Of a stretch of 64,000 nucleotides of DNA, positions 24,339 to 37,103 are shown piece by piece. The notes beneath the pieces are model-generated. The model ran no database searches and was not told the origin of the DNA. It saw only the letters and a program-made list of their open reading frames with translations. Position numbers and translations under genes: made by a program. Each line of letters opens with the position of its first letter. The first letter of the stretch is position 1. The stretch comes from Blasia pusilla (Eukaryota), in contig CM114271.1 of NCBI GenBank assembly GCA_050084515.1, positions 7,068,001-7,132,000 of the forward strand, given 5' to 3'.

Positions 24339-25887
24339 AAGAGAGAATGAGAGAGTGAGAGAGCTTCATGGGGGAGCTCGCTGGTCACTCGTTGTTTTTG
24401 CAGGTTGGGGACCATGTTTCCCATTCAGCAGCTCATGGGAGTGCTCACCGGAGCAAGGGATTCTTTGATTGTTCTTTGCATTTGCCGATTTTTTGTGTGG
24501 AAGAGTGGCGCACGGAAGCGCTACCCAATTTATGATAGGGATTGATTATATATGGGGGCGTGTTGCCCCATGCCGGAGCTCTTAAGAGCACCATGTAGCT
24601 TACTGATTTGTATTTTTACAGGTTTTACATTTGTGTTGGGATAACTCAACGCAAAAGCGTTGCCAAATTTTGTGTAGAAGAAAGAGACATTGAGCTTTAC
24701 GACAGTCCCTTTCAGTTTTTTCTCGAATGTCCGTTTCTAAATTATCTTTGACGCTCTTGTAGATTGTGAAGTTGTGCACGATATGCATCAAATAATACGC
24801 AATTTGGAGTTGTGAGCAAAACGTTATGGTCAATATTGCAAAATTGGCATTGCTAGGCGATTTTTAGGGTTAAACTGTTCAAACCCTAAACCAGCCGCCA
24901 TACCGGCGGCGGCCGTCGCCGTTGTAGTCACCATCAATGGTCTTCCGTCGATGGTCAATCGTCACCATCATCATTCAACCATCACCATCAATGGTCCACC
25001 GTCCGTTGTCCACCCTTTGGTTGCCATTGCCGCCGTTACGGAGTGGAGGGTCTCTTACGACGTTCGTTGATTCTTTGACTTGCGTCGCCACCACGTACTT
25101 TGTATTGGCCGCCATCATCATCAAATTTTTGTCATCAACCAGTGATGGCAGATGACCTCCGATTATGGTGTTTGAGTTTTGATTTCATGCTGCTATGTTG
25201 TGATTGGTAGCCGCTCGACGATGATTGATTACCGTGCCGTGACGCCCGTAGCCGCAACGCGCCGTCGATTGCCACGTCGTGTTGCTCGTGGCCGTACGGC
25301 ACCATCTCGATTGCAGAGCTGCTCTGTCATTGTGGAGCAGAGTGTGGGTTTATTGTTGATTGAGGAGGGTATGCCGCTGAGTGCCGCATCCCACCATCTA
25401 TGGCCGTGCCGTTTTGTGCCGCCTATTGCGCCGCACCGTTCTGTTGGAACCGCACTGTCTATGGAGGAGTTTTGAGCAGCGTCAGTACGGGAGGATTATG
25501 ACTTGCTGATTGGAGGAGTTGTCTCCATAATCGAGTTGGGGTCGAGATTTGCAGTTGCTGAGGAGCGACATCGACATGTGTTTAGGTTACCCATTATGGT
25601 CCTTTACCCTGCACGCGTGAGGGATTTTGGGATTTGGATAGTTTATTTGGGGATATTGGGTTGTGTGGATGCTGAGAGCATCATTTATATATGTGGTTTA
25701 GGGAACATAGACCTGTGTGGGATGTCCAAAGTTGAGGATAGGTTATCGATGAGATGATAGCCTGGTCGATTTTCCGCACCACGTCGCTTGTTGCCGCACG
25801 TTACACCTCTCGGGGAGGGAGAGTGTAGATCGAGGGCCGAATGTTTGGGATGAATGATTGAGGGATTACTCGGGAGGTTGAGAGTGA

Positions 25888-28083
25888 TTGAGTGACAGGG
25901 GCACGAGGATCATCACGGCGTCCATTCGGGACTTTGAGAGGCGAGGTGGTGAACCTGAGAGTACCTCTAGAGGTTTTACGCGGAGTGGCACGAGGTTCCG
26001 AGGGTCTCCACGTGAGGGACCACCTCGACCTCCTTCTGTGTCATCGTCAGAAAAGGGGGAGGGTGTAGAGGAGTTTGTGAGCACATCACCACACATTGTG
26101 AGTGGTCCTACCAGTTGGGCGTACGGGATGGACGACCGGAGTAGAGGACCGCATAGGTTTTCAGATGCAGTAGGTACGATTGAGTTGCATGATTTCATAG
26201 CAGAGTTTAAGAGTTGGTGCGACTCCCAGCGGGCCAGGAAATCTAGAGAGTTCAACCCGTTTACAACATGGAACGGTATGTTCTAGCATTTAGAGGGGGC
26301 ACCCATGGACGATTACCATGAGTTCTCTCAGAGATATGCATGTGAGATCGAGGCGTGGATGCTCTACTATGACCCACATTATGTGTCATGGACGAAACCG
26401 TTCCCAGATGAGGAGGAGGAGTCAGGAGTGGCTACTTCCTCTTCCACTAGTGACGTTTTAGGAGGGATCACTCGCACAAGAGCAATTGCATCCTCTAGTC
26501 GGGTTTGTCCCAGGTTCAACCCTGTGGTTGAGTTCTTTGCTGAGTTGAGGGCATGTGCGGCTCAACAGCAACCGCCTACTATTATTTTTTGGTCATGTGG
26601 TGGAGCCCATCATCAACGCAATTGCACTCGTCAGGGTCATGGATGTGTGCCTCAGCATGGAGGAGGAGATGGTGCTGCACCAAGAGGTTATCAGTGTGAC
26701 TATTGTAAGAGGTATGGTCATACACGCGCCAGTTGTTTCAGTTTACATGCTAAGTTACGTCTGGATCGAGGGCCAGAGAGGGCACCAGAGCGAGTAGCCA
26801 GTCCGGTTGGGCCTAGAGATCGTGCACTAGGTAGTCCCATTGAGGGACGAGGAGCTGGAGTTGCCCAACACGGTGGTGGAGCTACCCGTGGAGGAGGTAG
26901 AGTCCTACCACCTAGACACGTTGAGGGGGATGCCGGGCGTGAGGCTAGGATGGCTGCTCAGATACATCAGCTACAGGAGCAGATTGCTGCTATGGCATTG
27001 AGATCACCCGATGCCGGATCTGTGGCATCGACATCATATGGAGCAACCATAGATATGGAGGATCCTAGTTGGATGTGCGGGGTTGCCTAGATGGAGACAG
27101 CCGCAGTTGTGACGCGTGGAGCAGCCTCAGAGTTGGATCCACAGCGAGGGGAAGCCACAAAGAAGACTAGGCTTCCTCAGTCTTTTAGTTTGTCCAAGAC
27201 GATGAGGACTCCATCGATGGGTCATGATCTGAGTTCCTGGAGAGTTGGTGATGTTGTTGGTGTGCAGGCACAGAGGGCGATGGGAGAAGCGAGTGCGACG
27301 AATCCTATTGTTGATGCTCAAGAGGGGCATGTGTCGAGCACGTTGTTGGGGGTTGCCCCCATTGTGTACCGCGCTCCTTTATTTTTTGCTTCCGATGTTA
27401 TGACGTTGGGGGATACGCCCGCCGAGGCTTTTTGGCTGGCCGCTACGCTATGTGAGCGTGGAGTTGGAGTTCCCGCATCACATTCAGACGTGATTGCGGA
27501 GGAGGTGATGGACCTGCCCTTGGAGCAGATGCTCGAGCCGTCCACGTGAGATTCATGGCAGGCTGCGGCTGCTAGGATGGCGGAGATGCCCGCTAGACCC
27601 ACGATAGAGCGTGCCATGGCTTCTCCTGGTGTTGTGTTTCTGGATAATCGTGGAGAGGTCTTCCAGTTGGTGAGTCTCGGAGGTAGAGCTTTTAGTTCGC
27701 AACGAGTCTTGTTGGATTCAGGAGCGCAATCCCTGATGTTGGGGAAAGCCTCACTTAGAGAACTGGGCTTGACGAGAGCCGATGTGGAGCATTTTCTATT
27801 CCAGATACAGACATCCTTGGGTGGATCAAGAACCACACAATATATCACCCAACAAGAGGTCGTGGTGAGGATTCACCCGGGACATCTTATAGATGAGTCC
27901 GTGGTGCGAGCCAAGGCGATAGTGACTCATGTAGAGTCCTACGATGTCTTGGTTGGTGGAGCAATGTTATACTCGATGGGGTTTTCCCTGGATTATTGGA
28001 GGAGTCAGCGTCCTAGAGACCAATATGGCAATCAAGTGATGGGTACCTTTGCTCATTACCCGTTCGATTCACAGGTACAGTGA
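25888..28083 (+). pseudogene. gag (Zn knuckles) and aspartic protease of element C
   Basis: AVGTIELHDFIAEFKSWCD; CDYCKRYGHTRASC (CX2CX4HX4C); RVLLDSGAQSLMLG; ESYDVLVGG. Confidence 0.88.
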
Positions 28084-28433
28084 TCGAGCGACGGCCACGA
28101 GAGGTGGCAACCTTAGCAACATTTAGCAGTGCCATCACTTGGCCTAGTGATTTGATTGAGGGACATATCCATGCAGAGGATACTCCTGTTCTTGACATTT
28201 CTATGGAGAGGAGTGTTATGGTAGCCGCATCATTCCATGGAGGAGAGGTGCCGTTATGGGGCTTGACTGAGGAGCTTCGACGATTGGCAAATGAGCACGT
28301 GCAAACCGCATGGAGCCAGGCGTTTGCACCAGAGCGTGACAGGTCTGGGGAACCCGAGGTAGCAGGGAGTGCTACAATAACATCCTTGGATACCATACCC
28401 ATTGTGTGGTGTATCCCGGAGGAGGGTATTCGA

Positions 28434-31020
28434 GTGTTAGATGTCTTTGGAGGGATTAGCACAAGTTTAGCTGCTGTTTTGTAGGCAGGAGTGCGAGTGC
28501 AGCAATACCTGTATGTGGAGAGTGATGATGTTGCGAGTGCGTCTCACCACAAAATATGGCACAATTATGCCTACATTTTCCCGACTTATTGTCTACGTCC
28601 CCAATACATGGGTATCAGAGTTCCCTACCGAGGGATATTTTGTTGTTGGGGGCGCATGACTTAGAGCAGGTAGGGACCATTGATTTGGTCATTGTCGGTT
28701 GGCCATGTCAGGGCCAATCGAGTGTTGGACGAGGCAGCGGGTTGGCTGACACTCGGTTCAAGTTGTTTTGGGAGATGTTGTGGGTCTTACAGCAATTGCA
28801 AGAGCACCAGTCGCGTTCTCGAGCCTACATTCTGGAGAATATGCCGATCTTAGGAGACTCCAAGTCACGGGTGGTGACGAGTGCTCACCAGATGCGTGCC
28901 ACGATCGGCCCAGTTGTGTTCTTGGATGCGGCGAGTGTAGGTTCTAGAGCCCATCATCCGCGTCTATGGTGGACCAACTTGGTAGAGCGCCCCTCCCATT
29001 TGTTAGGGGATTCCATTTTGGATCCAGGTGGTCGATCATAGGCAGTGAGGCACGATGATCGACCACCGTTGTCGTGTCGAGAGCCTTTCTTTGAGTAAGG
29101 GCATGCCTTCTAGCTACGACATACGTGGTCGATGCAAGGAGAACTCTCTAAGAAGTTCTCCTTTTTCAATAAAAAATTATTATGTATGCTCTCAATTATC
29201 TCACGACATGTATCAAAAATGAAATTGTCGAGCACTTTTTCGTAACATCGGACCCCAAAATTCCTAACTATAAAATCCATATAAACAACCTTGGTAAGGA
29301 GCAAGTAGATTCATGAATATGAGTTTCAGGAGATTGCATTCTAGACGATAATGATGACCTTGGTAAGGAGCAAGTAGATGGCTCAACGTGGCTGACTTGC
29401 ATTTTGGGAACTTCTACATCTTCTTCTATCGTAGTTTATATCGTTACTTCTGCACTTTACTGTACTTTTTTTCTTGGCGGAGCACTTCCTTGCTTGCCAC
29501 GCACTATAACTCTTTCTTTGTCAGAAGGCTGCAACAGTTACTATGGTCACTCACAACAAATTAGCTTTGTAGTTTGTTTGTCTAGATCTTCGCTGGAAAC
29601 ATTTATTAGACCATGGCCATGATGAAGTGTACATATCAAAGGATTGAGTCATTATCTAAAGTTGGGTGTGTTACATTTTTCATTCAGGAATGTCATTGGA
29701 ATACTTTACGCTTGTACATGAGGAAGATAACACAACTAGTGTTAAATCCTACTTTAGCAGGCCTATTGACGTCCATGGATTGCTATATAAGGACATACAA
29801 AATACAATCCCATGTCCTTCCATATGTGACAATAGGAAGGATCACCGTAGTTGGAGATTGAATGACCTGGTTCATGAACGCCTCCCCAAAGTGATAAACT
29901 AAATAGAGAGTGAATCAATATCTATCTACAAAGAGTACCTTGATATGGTATGGATTGAGGAAAGGAAATTTGGGCACAACTCGTGCTTCACCCCTGTCCA
30001 TGTTTGACAGAAATTTTTATTCTCCTCAAGAATGGGTTTTGGCAAAATTATTCTCCCAAGAGGGGTAATCCACTCTAATTGGGAAAGTAACAAACCTAAA
30101 CATTCACTATTTTAGTATGACTAAACTCCTCTAAGGTGACAAACCTCTCATCTCCACATACACACACTGCACTGTAGAAACCTCTCGAAGAATAGACCAT
30201 GGTGAAGTTACTGTCCCAAGAGGGGTGATCCATTCTCATTGGAAGAGCAAACAATCCCAAAGCCATACATTGAAGAGTGATACGAGAGACTCAAGATGTG
30301 GAATAAAAGGTGATGAACCCTTGAAGGTCCCTCCTCTTTATAAACTCACAAGTGATCCACAATAGTAGAAAATAAAGCTAATCTTATCTTGTGCCACATG
30401 GCTTCCTCTCAAGGTTTAGCCAATCACATTTTGACACAAGTAGATTTCCTCTTATCTCTTCCAAAATATCCTCTTTTACCCACTTGATATTTTCCAAATT
30501 ACCCCAACTAACCTAACCACCAACAAAGACTACTTTTGTTTTTCATTAAAGCATCAACCTCACTACTTTACTTTTAAAAAATCATATTTTATTTATTACC
30601 TCTTTTTTTAAAATTGGGCCCGCATAAAAGAGGCACAATAAAGAGGTTTAAACATGAGAATTTTCTTTTCCTAAGCTAATTTACTTAATACCAATAAAAC
30701 TCTATCTAACACTTAACGAGGAAGGAGTTTACATATTGAGTGATTTTACTATACGACACCGTTGAGTGTGGTCAACAGGGTAGGGAAGCCGCGGGCAGCC
30801 TTGCCCACGTTTGTGAGTTTTCCCGCTTCCTATGCATACAAGGAGGCCGGTCCTTGCTTGGCTTGGGATGACCAAGTTCAACGGTTGGTGGAGCCTAACG
30901 CCGACGAGAGAGCGAGCGATGGGATTTCCCACAGGAGTGACGACAGTATCGTCAATGTCAGAGGCATCACGACGCCATGTCTTGGGTCAGGTGATGGACC
31001 TGAACTGCTTGACATGGATC
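28434..31020 (+). pseudogene. DNMT3-like methyltransferase domain of element C, split by the insertion at 29070-30758
   Basis: Before the insert: VLDVFGGIST, YLYVE, DLVIVGWPCQGQS, YILENMP, SRAHHPRLWWTN. After it: EPNADER, ERAMGFP, RRHVLGQVMD. Confidence 0.9.
29070..30758 (-). mobile_element. 1.69-kb non-coding insertion with the family's termini (solo A+B unit or non-autonomous element)
   Basis: Termini TGTCGT...ACGACA with a perfect 4-bp TSD CCGT (29066-29069 / 30759-30762); removal restores RPPLSVVNR. Orientation is inferred from a minus-strand TATAAA near 30340 and the CACGACA end. Confidence 0.85.
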
Positions 31021-31370
31021 CTCAGTTTGGGAATGGTTGAGCAATGTCGTTTGAGATCGCGATAGATCACAGCGGTTGCGTTGGTGAGCCCCGTGCCTAC
31101 CGAGACAGTGGAGGCAGAAGTTGGGCCGAGACCCGAGGAGATCTACACACCAGGGGAGATCGGGAGAGACACCCTTGGACTTCTTGGGATGTTTGGCAAG
31201 TACGCTAGGAGATGATAGCCAGAGCATCAAGCGTGGTTCCGGGCACTGCATGTGTAGGAGATCAGAGTATGCAGTTGGTAGTAGGAGAGCGGTCGAGTGT
31301 TGTTGTTTGAGACGGGGTTGCACCATAGCAACCACTAATACCTGCGCCAGAGAGTCCTACCGTAGTCACA

Positions 31371-33573
31371 ATGGAAACTTGGGAGCCAGATATGGGCCCT
31401 AAGTTGAGAGGAAGAGAGCGGCGCCGAATACATCAGTTCCTCATGAGTTATAGGAGCTGCTTTGCGTTTAGCATGGAAGATTTGGGTACGTTGAAGGGAC
31501 TAGGGATCCACATTGAGGTGTCAAGTGATACGCCGATCTTCGGACGACCCTATAGGTACAGTGATATGGAGAGGGCTCTGATTCAGAGTAGGATCCAGGA
31601 CTTGGTCGGAGCAGGACTAGTGGAGATGTCGCATGGGGAGTATGTATCTGCCACTATCATGCCCGCCAATAAGGATGTGCATGGCAATTGGACGGATAGG
31701 CGGATGTGTAGGGATTACGGACCTATCAATCGGCAGACGAAGTTCGATAGGTATGCCATGTCCATCCTCTAGGAGATCTTTGATGCGATTTGTTACGCAA
31801 AGGTCTTCTGTTCATTGGATTTACAAGCCGGATACCATCAACTGCCTATCAGATTGGAGGACAGGGAGAAGACGTTTTTTTTGGGCATCGATCCTCACTG
31901 GAAGGATTGTTTGTACCAGTGGCGGTTCTTACCATTTGGGTTAAAGAACGCCCTGACTGAGTTTCAGAGGGTCATGGATAGGATCTTGGTTGGTCAAGAT
32001 TTTGCTAGATGTTATATTGATGATATCCTAGTCTTTAGCGCCACGGTTGAGGAGTATGAGCGACATCTAGAGGAGGTGTTTCGACCATTGCAATTACATG
32101 GGCTGAAGCTACATTCAAGCAAATGCAAGTTCTTCTACGACCAGATTGAGTACTTGGGTCATAAGATATACCCATGGGGCCTTGGTGTTCAACAAACGAA
32201 GGTAGAGGCTATCTCATGCATTCCACGCCCTACAGATATGAGCGGTGTTCGCGCATTCATGGGATTGGCAAACTTCTATCGGCGTTACGTCAAGGGATTC
32301 AGTTCGATTGCGAAGCTGCTGATCTTGCTGACCAAGGTGGATCACGAGTGGCACTGGAAGGATGAGCAGGAGCGAGCATTTTAGTTGCTCAAGGACAGGT
32401 TGACGTCCGCGCCCATCTTGAGAAGATCGATCAGGGGGCGTCCTTTCCAATTGCACACAGATTGGAGCATGTTGGGGCTTGGAGCGATGCTCACTCAACA
32501 TGATGATGAGGGTAGAGAGTTCGTGGTGGCTTACACTAGCCGCTCGAACAACGCTGCAGAGGCAAAGTATAGTTCATATGAGAGTGAGTGCTTGGCTGCG
32601 GCGTGAGCTATCGCGCATTTTAGGTGTTACTTATTCGGAAACCCCTTTACCATCATCAGTGATCATCAACCACTGAAGCCGTCGATGGAGTCCGACAAGC
32701 TTACAGGAAAGCTTGCGAGATGGGCTGTGTTGTTGCAGACCACAGATGCTCAACCAAGATGCATAGGTTGAGTCGTAACCCATGCTTGAGTAAACGAGAT
32801 GCGATTGGAGCTCGATGGCATGGAGAGAATGATGAAGAGTCAGTGCTAGGATGGCACGCGTCAGCCTATTTAGGCATGTTGGCTATGGAGAGCCAGAGTG
32901 TGGAGACTTCGATGGCGAGGTCTAGTGGAGAATCCTTGGACCTTGAGGCCAGTGAGGAGATGACAAGTGGCCGAGATATTCATGATGATGGAGTAGTCTT
33001 GGAGTACCTTCGTACTGGCAGCGTTGCGAGCACCGTGGGTGCTAGAGAGCGGGATCGGATCCTACAACGGGCCAGACGGTTTCGTTGGGAGGGGACACAT
33101 GTTTTGAGGGTTTGGGAGGATGGTAGAGTACGCGTAGTGCCGCATTCTTTGCAGAGAGCATGACTAGTGCAACATGTCCACGAGGAGTTGGATCACTTTG
33201 GGATGAAGCGGACGTACAACTTGCTCCAGATTCAGTATTGGGCATAACCAACATCGGGATACATTGAGGTATGCGACTATTTCGGGTGGTGGTTATCGAC
33301 CAACTATTTGGAGGTTTCATCAGGGAGATTATGTCTACTTGCAGCAGACGACATCGACGACGTTGGATGTGACTGCAGGGTGCACTATCATGAGAGTGCG
33401 TAACGTTTAGCCATGTGATGTTCTCTTGCTGGAGGGGCACGATGGTATGGTATGGAAGGACCATGTGCGTAATTGTGCGCCATGTCACCGTCCTAACATT
33501 GATGGTACAGTAGATCCGAGCTCAGCAGTAGTTCCTGCAGGCTTGCGTTGTATGTTGTGTGGTTCTGCTCGTG
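31371..33573 (+). pseudogene. RT, RNase H and partly deleted integrase with the start of the PHD finger, element C
   Basis: LDLQAGYHQL; FLPFGLKNA; CYIDDILVFS; FQLHTDWS; YSSYESECLA. The integrase core is deleted near 33240, and CMLCGS at about 33550 is joined to B1. Confidence 0.92.
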
Positions 33574-33622
33574 GTTCGATGACAACGATGTACGTTGTGT
33601 AGCGATGTGTATGCACACGACA
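33574..33622 (+). repeat. Repeat B1 of element C (5'-truncated by deletion)
   Basis: Matches 34206-34254. Ends CACGACA, followed by AC and the start of A2 (TATCACG). Confidence 0.85.
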
Positions 33623-33624
33623 AC

Positions 33625-34137
33625 TATCACGAGTGTTAGGATAGATCGGTGGGATCTTGTAGAGCGTCTGCACGAGTAGTGGAGGATAGGCCCAAGAGGT
33701 CGAGGATGTCCTGTTGAGGCCCCGGGAAACCTGAGAGAGCAGGTTTCCCCTTCGTTTCGGCTCATTTGGAGCCATATAGAGAAACTTACTATTTTGGGTA
33801 AGTTTCTATATTGGGGATAGTTGACTTTATACTTTGGGAAGTGGCCCTTGACATGCTACAGCAGGTCAAGAGCCAAGGAGGTGACCTCCGAGCATAGGTT
33901 ACTGTTGAGAGGGCTTGGGAGAGGGAAGGGGGTATACCTCCAAGAGAGAGAGCTTGAGAGCTCATTCTCTCTTTGTTGAACCTCTTGGCATAAGGCGGCG
34001 GAGCTATGGTCCCTTGCCTTGTGAGTGTAACCCAAACCTCTCATTAGGAGAGTGGGTTTGGTTTGACATGAGAGAGATTGCACATCTTTGAGAGCTATAG
34101 TGTGAGATGGTGTAGAGAGAGATTGGATCTTACTTTA
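33625..34137 (+). repeat. Repeat A2 of element C
   Basis: Direct repeat of 23833-24336. Confidence 0.92.
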
Positions 34138-34254
34138 TTGGAGATATTTTGGTACTTCTCGCCTCTGTGTATGGATGCCATGAGTTAGCATGGGATCGTG
34201 TGTGTGTTCGATGACAACAATGTATGTTTTGTAGCGATATGTATGCGCACGAAA
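34138..34254 (+). repeat. Repeat B2 (terminal) of element C
   Basis: Homologous to 33574-33622 and to the reverse complement of 63112-63238. Confidence 0.88.
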
Positions 34255-34258
34255 TGCT

Positions 34259-36890
34259 GGCAAAGAAGGATATGTATGGCAATTGGACGCATAGGCGGAT
34301 GTGTGGAGATTACCGTCCTATCAACTAACAGATGAGGTCAGATCGATATGCCATGCCTACTCGTGAGGAGATCTTTGATGCGGTAGGGCATGCAAATATT
34401 TTCAGTACTTTAGATCTCCGTGCTGGCTATCATTGGCTTCCTATCAGGTTGGAGGACATAGAGAAGATAACATTATGGGGGATAGGTCGATTTGGGAGAG
34501 ATTGCTTGTATCAGTGGCGGTTCCTAGCATTTGGGTTGAAGAATGCGCCTGTAGAGTTTCAGAGAGTGATGGATAGGATTGTGGCTCGCTTGGATTTTTT
34601 ATTATGTTACATAGATGATATTGTTATCTTCAATTCCACGGTTGAGGAGCATGAGCAACACCTGGAGGAGGTGTTTCGGTGATTGGAGTTACATGGACTG
34701 AAGTTACATCCATGCAAGTGCAGATTCTTTTAGGAGCAGATTGAGTACTTGGGACACACCATATACTCGAGTGAGTTAGATGTTCAACAAACAACGATGG
34801 AGGCTATTGCGCAGATTCCACGCCCTACAGATGTGAGTCAAGTCTGAGCCTTTCTTGGACTGGCAAACTTCTATTGACGGGATGTCAAGGGTTTAGTGCT
34901 ATTGCAAAGTCTTTGAACTTGTTGATGAGACTTAATCAGGTTTGGTTGTGGGGAAATGATTAGGAGCGAGCATTTCAAGAGCTCAAGGAAAGGTTGATGT
35001 CCTCACTCATTTTACAGAGATCGATTAGGGGTTGCCCATTCCAGTTACATACGGATTGGAGCATGTTGGGTCTAGGAGCAGTGCTTACTCAGAGAGACGA
35101 TGAGGAAATGGAGTTTGTTGTGGCTTATGCGAGCCGATCGAACAACATTGCAGAGGCAAAGTATAGCTCTTACGAGGGAGAGTGCTTGGCTGCAATGTGG
35201 GGCGAGGCACATTTCAGGTGCTATTTATTCGGCAACCCTTTCACACTTATCACTAATCATCAGCTGTTGAGGTGGTTGATGGCGTTCGACAAGCTTACAA
35301 GAAAGCTTGCCAGGTAGGCTCTATTACTACAAGAGTATGAGTTTGAGGTGGTTCATAGGCCAGGTCGGTTGAACCAGGATGCGGATGGGTTGAGTCGTAA
35401 CCCATGTCCGAGTCAGAGAGACGACATAGGAGCTCGATGGCACGGAGAGAGTGATGAGGAGATGGTGCCCAGGTGGCATGCATCTACCTATCTTTGTTGG
35501 TTGACTATGTTAGGTCAGTCGTAGGTGATAACTCCAATGGTGGGGTTGGATGACGAGTCTTTGGATCTAGAGGTCAGTGAGGAGGCGACAGGTGGTGGTG
35601 ATATCCATGACGACGTGGAGGTTGTGGAGTTCTTGCGCACTGACGTCATAGCGAGCACAGTGAATGCTAGGGAGCGGGATCAGATCCTACTGCGAGCCAG
35701 GAGGTGTAGGTGGAAGGGGACTCACATTTTGCGTGTATGGGGAGATGGTAGGATACGAGTGATACCTCATCCTTCCCAGCGAGCACGTGTGGTGCGACAT
35801 GCCCATGAGGAGTTGGGGCATTTTGGAGTAAAGCGTACTTACAACTTACCTGTGTTCAAGATTGGTGGAAAAGATGCATCCGGGGGGTACAGCTTGATTT
35901 GTGGCCAGATGTATGGTATGTGATAGAATGCGATCATCCTTCAATGCTCCCACTCCGCAGTTACATCCTTTGCCAATTATGGGATTGGGTTATCGATGGA
36001 GTTTAGACTTTGCGGGATCTTTGCCATTGACGGGGCGTCATCACAGATATGTGTTGGTCATGGTGGAGCATTTCTCCAAGTGGATAGAGTTGGGGGCAAT
36101 ACCGGACAAGGCGAGCGAGGGAACAGCTTATGCGTTTCTAGATCGTGTGCTTAGTCATTTTGGTGCACCAGCGGAGGTGTCGACTAAATAGGGTACCGAT
36201 TTCAGGTGAGAGTTTCAGGCCTTGTGTGATTAGGCGCTGATAAATCATTGCACCATGTCCAAAGATCATCCAGAGGCGGATGGGTTGGCGGAGAGAGTAG
36301 TACAGACGATGAAGAGAGGATTGCACAAGTATGGCTTGCAGCGAGGATAGTTGAGGGAGTGGGACCTACAGTTGCCATGGTTGGCGATAGGTTATCGCTT
36401 TAGTCGGCAGGCATTCTTAGAATCATTTTCACCATACTTTTTGCTCTTTGGGAGAGAGCCAAATTTACCTACAGCCATTCGACGTGGCATGGGGGAGGTG
36501 TAAGATCTTGATGATCCAGATGTGTGGGTACAAGCGTGTTCTCAGAGGGCCGAGATTTTTCGTAGAGTTATGCCTATGGCCTTTGAGAACTTAGCTATTG
36601 CTCAACATAGAGATACATTGAGGTATGCGACCATTCGTGGAGGAGGTTATCATCCAGGGATTATGAGTTTTCATCATGGAGATTACGTGTATTTGCAGCA
36701 GGCGGCACCCATGACGCTAGATATCACTGCAGGGCGCATAATCCTACGTGTGCGCGAGGTATTACCGACTGGAGTCCTCATGTTGGAGGGACGGGATGGT
36801 ATGGTTTCGAAGGATCATGTGCGCAATTATGTGCCATGTCATCTTTCGAACGTAGACGAGACTGTGGATCCGAGCTTGGCTGTTATATAA
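34259..36890 (+). pseudogene. RT, RNase H and integrase of element B (continuation after element C)
   Basis: FSTLDLRAGYH; FGLKNAP; CYIDDIVIF; FQLHTDWS; HAHEELGHFG; WSLDFAG; VEHFSKW. Many in-frame stops. Confidence 0.92.
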
Positions 36891-37103
36891 GGGAGGAAGA
36901 TGGCTTTCCCAAGCCATCTTTCTCATGTTGGGCCGTTGGAGCACCTCTCTTGTATGTGTGTGAGAGTTGTGTGATCTCCATGTATGTGTATGAGTTGATT
37001 TCTCTACATGTGTGGATCTACCCGTGTGTGGGGAAGATCGGTGTTGTGTGGTGTAGATGTGACCAACGATGTATGTTGTGTAGCGATATGTATGCGCACG
37101 ACA
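36884..37103 (+). repeat. 3' terminal repeats of element B: partial A2 (36884-36965) plus terminal B (36966-37103)
   Basis: 36884-36965 matches 17992-18073. The terminal segment ends CGATGTATGTTGTGTAGCGATATGTATGCGCACGACA like the B repeats of A, C and G. PHD, B1 and the first part of A2 are deleted at a TATA microhomology. Confidence 0.85.

Larger units (their letters stand above)
23833..34254 (+). mobile_element. Decayed Ty3/gypsy element 'C' with split terminal repeats (A1-gag-PR-DNMT-RT-RH-INT-B1-A2-B2), nested in the RT of element B
   Basis: Termini are TGTCACG...CACGAAA with a 4-bp TSD TGCC (23829-23832) / TGCT (34255-34258). A1 23833-24338 matches A2 33625-34137, and B1 33574-33622 matches the end of B2 34138-34254. 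Confidence 0.92.
17718..37103 (+). mobile_element. Decayed Ty3/gypsy element 'B' (gag-PR-DNMT-RT-RH-INT), host of nested element C
   Basis: Termini are TGTCA...CACGACA with a perfect 4-bp TSD AACG (17714-17717 / 37104-37107). Partial A repeat 17992-18073 matches 36884-36965. RT reads VMP/AKKD across the C insertion. Confidence 0.88.
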
